Source of the DNA: a virus
Length of the DNA stretch: 64,000 nucleotides
Direction: 5' to 3' (one strand)
IMG/VR virus record: IMGVR_UViG_3300031774_000001
Position 1 is the first letter of the stretch, and each line of letters starts with the position of its first letter. Below the pieces are notes generated by a model. The model was not told where the DNA came from, searched no databases, and saw only the letters and a program-made list of their open reading frames with translations. Made by a program: the position numbers and the translations under genes. Of this stretch, positions 57,344 through 64,000 are shown piece by piece.

Positions 57344-57706
57344 ATGTCAAAATTAGAAACACTAGTTGAAGAGTTAGGTAAATTAACAGTAGTTGAAGCG
57401 GGTGAATTAGCAAAAAAATTAGAGAAAACTTGGGGTATAGATTTAGCGGCTATACAAGGAAGTGCTCCTGCACCTGTACAAGAAAAAGAAGACTCTTTAT
57501 TCAAAGTTACGTTAACAGGATTTGACGCAGGTAAGAAAATAGGTGTTATTAAGGCAGTTAGAGCATTTAAAGATATGGGATTACTTGAAGCAAAGAATTT
57601 TGTTGAAGGCGTTCCTTCTGTAATTGCAGAAGACCAACAAAAAGAAGAAGCAGATAAGATTAAAAAAGATATAGAAACAGCTGGAGGAAAAATAGAGGTA
57701 AAATGA
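57344..57706 (+). CDS. rplL: Ribosomal protein bL12 (L7/L12)
   Basis: LTVVEA.EL.K.LE..WG N-terminal domain; F.V.L..KKI.VIKAVR...GL.EAK..VEG.P, KEEA..IK..IE.AG..IEVK. Confidence 0.93.
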   Translation: MSKLETLVEELGKLTVVEAGELAKKLEKTWGIDLAAIQGSAPAPVQEKEDSLFKVTLTGFDAGKKIGVIKAVRAFKDMGLLEAKNFVEGVPSVIAEDQQKEEADKIKKDIETAGGKIEVK

Positions 57707-57807
57707 TAGAACCAATAGACACAAAAAAAGTAAAAGAATGGTTTACTAAAAGTTCAGTACCAAATTGGGCTATAGTAGTTATCGTAGTTATTTGGATAAT
57801 TGCATAA
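57703..57807 (+). CDS. 34-aa membrane peptide
   Basis: ATGA/TAATG coupled; VPNWAIVVIVVIWIIA. Confidence 0.55.
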   Translation: MIEPIDTKKVKEWFTKSSVPNWAIVVIVVIWIIA

Positions 57808-58109
57808 TGCCAAAACTTTGTAGAGATTACGATTTAGGAGCAACTGGTCACGGTTGTGATCCTGTAATAGGTGTACAAGCAACACAATTTAAAGTTAGAG
57901 CAAACAATAAACCTGTTGCTAGAAAAGGTGATCCTACAAGACCACATACCATACCATCACTAATACCACCGTGCATTCCACATATGGGTAAAGTTAATAT
58001 GGGATCCAAGAAGAATGTTAGAGTTATGGGAAAATTAGTTGCAAGAGTAACAGATTCTTATGATATGGGAGAAATGATTGAGGGTTCTCCTACAGTAAGA
58101 GCGGGATAA
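57807..58109 (+). CDS. PAAR spike-tip protein (gp5.4-like)
   Basis: GH, PVARKGD..H, H, ARVTD, GSPTV. Confidence 0.88.
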   Translation: MPKLCRDYDLGATGHGCDPVIGVQATQFKVRANNKPVARKGDPTRPHTIPSLIPPCIPHMGKVNMGSKKNVRVMGKLVARVTDSYDMGEMIEGSPTVRAG

Positions 58110-58129
58110 CTGTTATAAATATTACAGTT

Positions 58130-58639
58130 ATGGCACAAAACAACCAAGCATTTTTAGGCGATTATACTCCAGAAGTTAAAAGTTCTAGTAAAAGGCAATC
58201 TAGGAAGTTTAGAGATATAGATTTAAACTTTGATAGACATCCAGTTACTAATGATATTAATGTGGTTGAAGACGCAATAGCAATAAAAAGGTCTGTTAAA
58301 AACTTAATACAAACAAATTTCTATGAAAGACCTTTCCATCCAGAATTAGGATGTGGTATAAGAGAATTATTGTTTGAAAATTACTCACCAGTAATTTCAG
58401 TATATATCAAAAGAAAAATAGAAGAAGTTTTAAAAAATCACGAACCTAGAATAGATTTAACAGGTATTGTTATAAATGGAGATGATTTTGAAGGTGGAGA
58501 GGCTAGTGAAATAGTGGACGCTGGTAGATTAGCTTCTAATGATATAGACGGCAATAGATTACGTATAGATGTTTATTTTAATATCATAGGTACACCAAGT
58601 CCACAAACAGTTTCAATGAGTTTACAAAGGTTAAGATAA
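58130..58639 (+). CDS. 25: Baseplate wedge gp25
   Basis: DIDLNF.RHP.T.D, AIKRSVKNLI.T..YERPF.P..G, EPR; late promoter at 58114. Confidence 0.92.
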   Translation: MAQNNQAFLGDYTPEVKSSSKRQSRKFRDIDLNFDRHPVTNDINVVEDAIAIKRSVKNLIQTNFYERPFHPELGCGIRELLFENYSPVISVYIKRKIEEVLKNHEPRIDLTGIVINGDDFEGGEASEIVDAGRLASNDIDGNRLRIDVYFNIIGTPSPQTVSMSLQRLR

Positions 58640-58640
58640 A

Positions 58641-60494
58641 ATGGCACAACATAAATTAGAAGTATCAGAATTAGATTTTGATAAAATAAAAGTTAATCTA
58701 AAAACTTTCTTACAAAGTCAAACACAATTTCAAGATTATGATTTTGATGGTGCTGGTTTATCTATTTTATTAGATGTATTATCTTACAATACCCATTACT
58801 TGTCATACATTGCTAATATGTCAACTAATGAAATGTATTTGGATAGTGCTGATATTAGAAAAAATATTGTTTCATTAGCAAAGATGTTAGGATATACTCC
58901 TACATCTCCTAGAACACCAAGAGCAGTTATTGATGTTGTTGTTAACAACGCAACAGGTTCATCCGTAACTATGCAGAAGGGAACAGTTTTCACAACTACA
59001 GTTGATAAAACAGATTATCAATATGTAACTAATGCAGATACAACAATTTCACCAGTAAATGGAATTTATAAATTTGAAGATGTAACTGTTTATGAAGGAA
59101 CATTGGTTACATTTAAATATACTAATGATGTAAATGATAAAGACCAAAAATTTGTTATACCTAGTTCTTTTGCAGATACTTCAACTTTAAAAGTTACCGT
59201 TCAAAATAGTTCTACAGATACAACACAATCAGTTTATTCTTTAGCAGGTGGTTATAATAGTGTATCAAGTGATTCAAAAGTTTATTTTATACAAGAAGGT
59301 CAAGATGGTCAATACGAAATTTATTTTGGCGATGGTATTGTAGGTACTAAATTAGAAGACGGTAATATTGTTATATTAGAATACATTGTAACTAATACTT
59401 CAAGTTCAAATGGTGCTTCAAAATTTTCATTATCAGGAAACATTGGTGGATTTACAAATGTAACTATAACAACTGATTCTAATTCTCAAGGTGGTGCAAT
59501 TGCAGAAACAAATCAATCAATAAAATTTAATGCACCTTTACAATATGCAGCTCAAGATAGAGCAGTTACAGCAACTGATTATGAAACTTTAGTTAAATCA
59601 ATTTATCCAAATGCAAATTCAGTAAGTGCGTGGGGTGGTGAAGATGATGAAACTCCACAATACGGTGTTGTAAATATTTCAATTAAAGCAAAATCAGGAA
59701 CAGTATTATCAGATACATCAAAAGCAGATATTGTAACTCAATTAAAACCATATAACGTTGCTTCAGTAAGACCAGTTATAAAAGATCCAGAAACAACTTC
59801 TGTATTAATTGTTTCAAATGTTAAGTATGACGCAAAGGCAACAGCAAAAACTGCTGCTACTTTGAAAGCAGATATTATTGATAAGTTAACAACTTATAAT
59901 GCTTCTACTTTACAAAAGTTTGACGCAGTATTCAGATATTCAAAAGTTACAGGTTTGATTGATAGTGCTGATGATAGTATTTTATCAAACATTACAACTG
60001 TTAAAATTAGAAAAGATTTCCAACCATTAATTAGTACATCAGCAAAATATAATATCTATTTTAGAAATGCATTATATAATCCACACTCTGGACATATGGC
60101 AAGTACAGGTGGAATATTAAGTTCATCAGGATTTAAAATAGAAGGTAATGCTAACGAATGCTTTTTTGATGATGATGGCGCAGGAAATGTAAGATTATAT
60201 TATATGTCAAGTGGTGTAAAAAATTATTTAAATTCAACACAAGGTACAATTAATTATTCAACAGGTGCAATAACACTTAATTCAATGAACATTGCTAGTA
60301 TATCAAATATAGATGGTGTAGCTTCAACAGTAATAAGATTAACTGTAGTACCAAGTTCTAATGATGTTGTTCCAGTTAGAGACCAAATTGTTGAAATGGA
60401 TATTGCAAATTCAAATATAACAGTTACAGCTGATAGTTTTGTAGGAGGAAGTGCTGAGGCAGGTGTAGGATACACAACTACTTCCAGTTACTAA
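58641..60494 (+). CDS. 6: Baseplate wedge gp6
   Basis: ELDFD.IK.NLK.FL, DYDF.G.GLS.LLD.L.YNTHY, YFGDG, Q.RAVT..DY. Confidence 0.95.
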   Translation: MAQHKLEVSELDFDKIKVNLKTFLQSQTQFQDYDFDGAGLSILLDVLSYNTHYLSYIANMSTNEMYLDSADIRKNIVSLAKMLGYTPTSPRTPRAVIDVVVNNATGSSVTMQKGTVFTTTVDKTDYQYVTNADTTISPVNGIYKFEDVTVYEGTLVTFKYTNDVNDKDQKFVIPSSFADTSTLKVTVQNSSTDTTQSVYSLAGGYNSVSSDSKVYFIQEGQDGQYEIYFGDGIVGTKLEDGNIVILEYIVTNTSSSNGASKFSLSGNIGGFTNVTITTDSNSQGGAIAETNQSIKFNAPLQYAAQDRAVTATDYETLVKSIYPNANSVSAWGGEDDETPQYGVVNISIKAKSGTVLSDTSKADIVTQLKPYNVASVRPVIKDPETTSVLIVSNVKYDAKATAKTAATLKADIIDKLTTYNASTLQKFDAVFRYSKVTGLIDSADDSILSNITTVKIRKDFQPLISTSAKYNIYFRNALYNPHSGHMASTGGILSSSGFKIEGNANECFFDDDGAGNVRLYYMSSGVKNYLNSTQGTINYSTGAITLNSMNIASISNIDGVASTVIRLTVVPSSNDVVPVRDQIVEMDIANSNITVTADSFVGGSAEAGVGYTTTSSY

Positions 60495-60500
60495 TGAATA

Positions 60501-63077
60501 ATGGCAAAGTTTAATGATAAGATTTCAACAATACTTTCGGGACAACTACCTGAATTTATAGTTAGTGAACATCCAAAGTTTGCAGAATTTCTTAAAGTCT
60601 ATTACCAATTACTAGAGTCCGCTGAGTTATCAGTAACTTCTGTTAAATCAACAGAAGGTATCTTACTAGAAACAGAAACAAATCAAGCAAATAATTTAGT
60701 ACTAAACGCAAGTGCTTTAGGTAGTGCAAGAACATCACTAGACGCAGGCGATAAAATTATTTTTGAAACTTATTCTGGTACTGAATATGGAAAATTTGAA
60801 AGAGGTGAAACAGTTACAGGACAAACTTCTAATGCAACTGCTGTTTTATTAGCAGAAGATTTAGATAATGGACGTTTATTCATAAGTGCAAACAGTTCAT
60901 TTATAACTGGTGAAATAGTTGTAGGTGCTACCACAAATGCATATGCAACAATAGATAATTATAAACCTAATCCTGTAAATAATATTGCTGACCTAGTTAA
61001 CTTTAGAGACCCAGACGGAGTAATTAGTAATTTCTTATCAAATTTTAGAGATGAATTTCTTGCAACACTACCAGATAAATTAGCAAACAATGTTAATAAA
61101 AGAAGTCTTATAAAAAATATTAAATCTCTTTATCGTTCTAAAGGAACAAATAGAGGTCACGAAATATTTTTTAGAGTATTATTTAATGAAGAATCACAAA
61201 CATTTTATCCTAGAGAACAATTATTAAGAGTATCAGATGGTAAGTATGATACATTAAAAGTTTTAAGAGCAATTGGTGATAGTGGCGATACAGCACAATT
61301 AGTAGGAAGAACAATATCAGGTTCAACTAGTAATGCCTATGCAATTATTGAAAATGTTAATAAGTATCAAGTAGGTGCAGATACAGTTACAGAATTTATT
61401 TTAAATAATGATTCTATTCAAGGCATATTTCAAATTGGTGAACAAATAGTAGGAACTGCTTCAGATGAAGACAATTTTTATATTAGAGCAACTGTAACAG
61501 GAATACCAGGAACAAAAATAATTTCAAATGATGGAACATTAAATGAAACTGATGATACAATTAAAGTTGTTGCAGGTGGTATAGGTGCTATATTTAATAT
61601 TGATGAAATCGGTTCAGGTGCATTAACAGAAATTGTAATTACAAATAAAGGCGCAAACTATTCAGTTGGAGATGAATTAGTATTTGATAATAGTGGAACA
61701 AATGGAAAAGACGCCGCTGGATTTATAAGAGTTATTAATGGTGGTATTGCCGCTGAAGATTCTGACCAAATAGTTTTAGAAGATGGTACTAATGCAGGTG
61801 ACCAATATTTTGGTAATAGTATTATGCAAGAGAAAGATACAGGCAATGGAACAATTGAAAAAATATTTTTAACTTATGGTGGTACAGGATATACTTCTTT
61901 ACCTACCGTATCTATAACAACATCAACTGGTTCAACTGGAACTGTAAATGCGTGGGGTGATGAGATTGGAAGAATTACTAAATTAAAAACAGTTGAATTA
62001 GGAAAAAAATATCAAGACGCTCCAAGTCCTCCAACATTAGCATTTTATAATAGTGCTATATTATCAGGTGCAACAGGAAACTTTACAATAGGTTCATCTT
62101 GTACAACATCTAGTGGACAAGGAACAATTACTGGTTATAATTCTAATACAAATGTATTAAGAATAAAAGATATTACAGGTACATTTACAGAAGGTCAAGT
62201 ATTATCAGCAGATTCAGGTGGTACAGGAACTATTGCAAAAAATGATCCTGCAACAGCAACAGTTAATGTAGTTTCAGTTGCAGATACAGATGGACAGTTT
62301 ATTAATGAAGATGGTAAACTTTCTGAAACTACAATGAAGATACAAGATAGTAAATACTTTCAAGATTTTTCTTATGTATTGAAAGTTGCTAGTTCTATTG
62401 CAGTATGGCGGGATGCATTTAAAAAGACAATGCATACAGCAGGATTTTATTTTACAGGTCAAGTAGATATTACAAATAGAGTAGACGCAAGAGGATCATT
62501 ACCTATGGTTGGTGCTGTTTCTGGTAGAAGTGAAGTTGAAATACCATTAATTGCAATTCTTAATACTTTATTCTCGGTTATATTTGGTAGAAGATTAGGA
62601 ACAATAGATGATGGAACATCTTTAAGAGCAAATGCTCTTGAATCAGGAACAATTGATATGGACCCACAAACAAGTGAACATTTTGCTCCTAATCAAAGAG
62701 ATATAACTTTAAGTAGAGCTGGAATAGATTATACTTATTTAAGTAGAAAAAGGTCATCAATAGGTGGTCAAGTTGTTAAAGCTGGTCACATATATGGTGG
62801 ACCACGTTGGGGAACACTTAACAAATACGCAACTACTATATTTGCAAATGATCCAGGATATACATTTAAAACATTAAATGAATTAAAAGTATTTGGTACA
62901 AGGACTAGTTTAGACGGACAAAGTGGAATATTCTTAATGTCTTCTGACCCTAATGGTAAGGGTGTTAAGATGGCAACTGCTTTTCCTTCAGTAATTACAT
63001 TTAACCAAAATGACTTTAGTAATACAGTTGTTACTTGGTCTGATACTATGCCATTATTTGATGATACAACACCGTAA
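60501..63077 (+). CDS. Baseplate wedge subunit (gp7-like)
   Basis: QLPEF...F..FLK.YY, Y.SKGT, IQDSKYFQDFSY, H.AG. Confidence 0.8.
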   Translation: MAKFNDKISTILSGQLPEFIVSEHPKFAEFLKVYYQLLESAELSVTSVKSTEGILLETETNQANNLVLNASALGSARTSLDAGDKIIFETYSGTEYGKFERGETVTGQTSNATAVLLAEDLDNGRLFISANSSFITGEIVVGATTNAYATIDNYKPNPVNNIADLVNFRDPDGVISNFLSNFRDEFLATLPDKLANNVNKRSLIKNIKSLYRSKGTNRGHEIFFRVLFNEESQTFYPREQLLRVSDGKYDTLKVLRAIGDSGDTAQLVGRTISGSTSNAYAIIENVNKYQVGADTVTEFILNNDSIQGIFQIGEQIVGTASDEDNFYIRATVTGIPGTKIISNDGTLNETDDTIKVVAGGIGAIFNIDEIGSGALTEIVITNKGANYSVGDELVFDNSGTNGKDAAGFIRVINGGIAAEDSDQIVLEDGTNAGDQYFGNSIMQEKDTGNGTIEKIFLTYGGTGYTSLPTVSITTSTGSTGTVNAWGDEIGRITKLKTVELGKKYQDAPSPPTLAFYNSAILSGATGNFTIGSSCTTSSGQGTITGYNSNTNVLRIKDITGTFTEGQVLSADSGGTGTIAKNDPATATVNVVSVADTDGQFINEDGKLSETTMKIQDSKYFQDFSYVLKVASSIAVWRDAFKKTMHTAGFYFTGQVDITNRVDARGSLPMVGAVSGRSEVEIPLIAILNTLFSVIFGRRLGTIDDGTSLRANALESGTIDMDPQTSEHFAPNQRDITLSRAGIDYTYLSRKRSSIGGQVVKAGHIYGGPRWGTLNKYATTIFANDPGYTFKTLNELKVFGTRTSLDGQSGIFLMSSDPNGKGVKMATAFPSVITFNQNDFSNTVVTWSDTMPLFDDTTP

Positions 63078-63112
63078 AACATTATAAATAGTAAAGTAAT
63101 TTAAAGGAAGAA

Positions 63113-64000
63113 ATGGCTAAACAATCAATATTTTTAGGAACAGTCGCCAATGACGGAACAGGTACTAACCTGCGTGGTGGTGGTAGTATCATAAATCAAA
63201 ATTTTGATGAAATATATACTAATTTAGGGGATGGTAGTAATCTACAAGGATTTATTACTATTGAAGATACTAGTTCTACAACGGATCAAGTAAATCTTGG
63301 TCAAAAAATACAGTTTATTGGTGCAAATGGTATTACAACAACCGTTGGTAGTAATGAAGTTCAAATAGCAATAGACGGTACAGTTCTTACAGAAACATCA
63401 ACAGATACACTAACAAATAAAAACATTGCTTTAGGTACTAATATAATTTCAGGAACATTATCAGATTTTAATACAGCAGTTTCAGACGCTAATTTAGTTT
63501 CAATTGCTGGAACAGAAACCCTTACAAACAAGACATTAACAAGTCCAGTTATTAACACACCAACAGGTGATGTTGCAACTAAAGACGGAACACAAACCCT
63601 TACAAATAAAACTTTAACAAGTCCAGTTATTAACACACCAACAGGTGATGTTGCAACTATAACTGGAACTCAAATTCTTTCTAATAAAACAATAGATACT
63701 GGATCAAACTCAATTACAGGTACGTTATTTACTTTTGCTGATGATACATCATCAACTAATACTATAGTACAAGGAGATACTTTAAAATTTTCTGGTGGTA
63801 CTGGTATACAAACAACTTTAAGTGGAGATTTAATTGAAATTAAAGCTTCAGGAATTACAACTACAGAAATAGACGCTAATGCTGGAATTGTAAATACACA
63901 ATTAGCAAACAATTCAGTTACTATTGGTTATACAGCAATTGAATTAGGAACAAGTGCAACGCAAGTAAGTGGATTATCAATAACTGGTTCTGCTTACATA
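63113..64000 (+). CDS. Virion structural/fibre protein with gp9/gp10-like N-terminus (3'-truncated)
   Basis: MAKQ.I.LGT.ANDGTG..LR.GG..IN.NF.EIY; TLTNKT repeats; late promoter at 63083. Confidence 0.85.
   Translation, partial: MAKQSIFLGTVANDGTGTNLRGGGSIINQNFDEIYTNLGDGSNLQGFITIEDTSSTTDQVNLGQKIQFIGANGITTTVGSNEVQIAIDGTVLTETSTDTLTNKNIALGTNIISGTLSDFNTAVSDANLVSIAGTETLTNKTLTSPVINTPTGDVATKDGTQTLTNKTLTSPVINTPTGDVATITGTQILSNKTIDTGSNSITGTLFTFADDTSSTNTIVQGDTLKFSGGTGIQTTLSGDLIEIKASGITTTEIDANAGIVNTQLANNSVTIGYTAIELGTSATQVSGLSITGSAYI
63509..63690 (+). repeat. 78-bp (26-aa) tandem repeat in the fibre gene
   Basis: Two near-identical GT.TLTNKTLTSPVINTPTGDVAT units plus a partial third. Confidence 0.9.

Overview
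AT-rich (roughly 30% GC by eye), gene-dense, almost entirely + strand segment of a T4-like myovirus genome. The host is most likely a marine alphaproteobacterium (SAR11/Pelagibacter-type), judged from an alpha-type circularly permuted tmRNA, alpha-type LexA-box motifs, an AapJ/BztA-like binding protein and a 17-kDa-antigen-like lipoprotein. Gene order: nrdA/nrdB; an 11 kb nucleotide-sugar/purine island (NTP transferase, HAD, deoD, ColD-type dehydratase, gmd, several glycosyltransferase-like genes, guaC); sigma70-driven small early genes and lipoproteins; cell-wall enzymes; exonuclease, tmRNA, gp33, thyX, gp59, gp32, gp2; then the baseplate/tail module (gp54, 26, 51, tape-measure/hub-like, 4, 48, 53, hub, 5, PAAR, 25, 6, 7-like, fibre) interrupted by host-like genes (aapJ, iscA, ybaN, hemB, rplL). 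The strongest unannotated signals are four: (1) four GAAC-N7-GAAC SOS boxes, each next to a consensus sigma70 promoter, suggesting a host-LexA-linked regulon in a T4-like phage; (2) a two-piece tmRNA with tag ANESLALAA; (3) a candidate -1 frameshift fusing gp26 and gp51; (4) window-wide avoidance of GATC and GATGC except when overlapped by GGAT, plus absence of CATG. All motif counts are manual scans and all product calls come from recognised motifs, not database searches.
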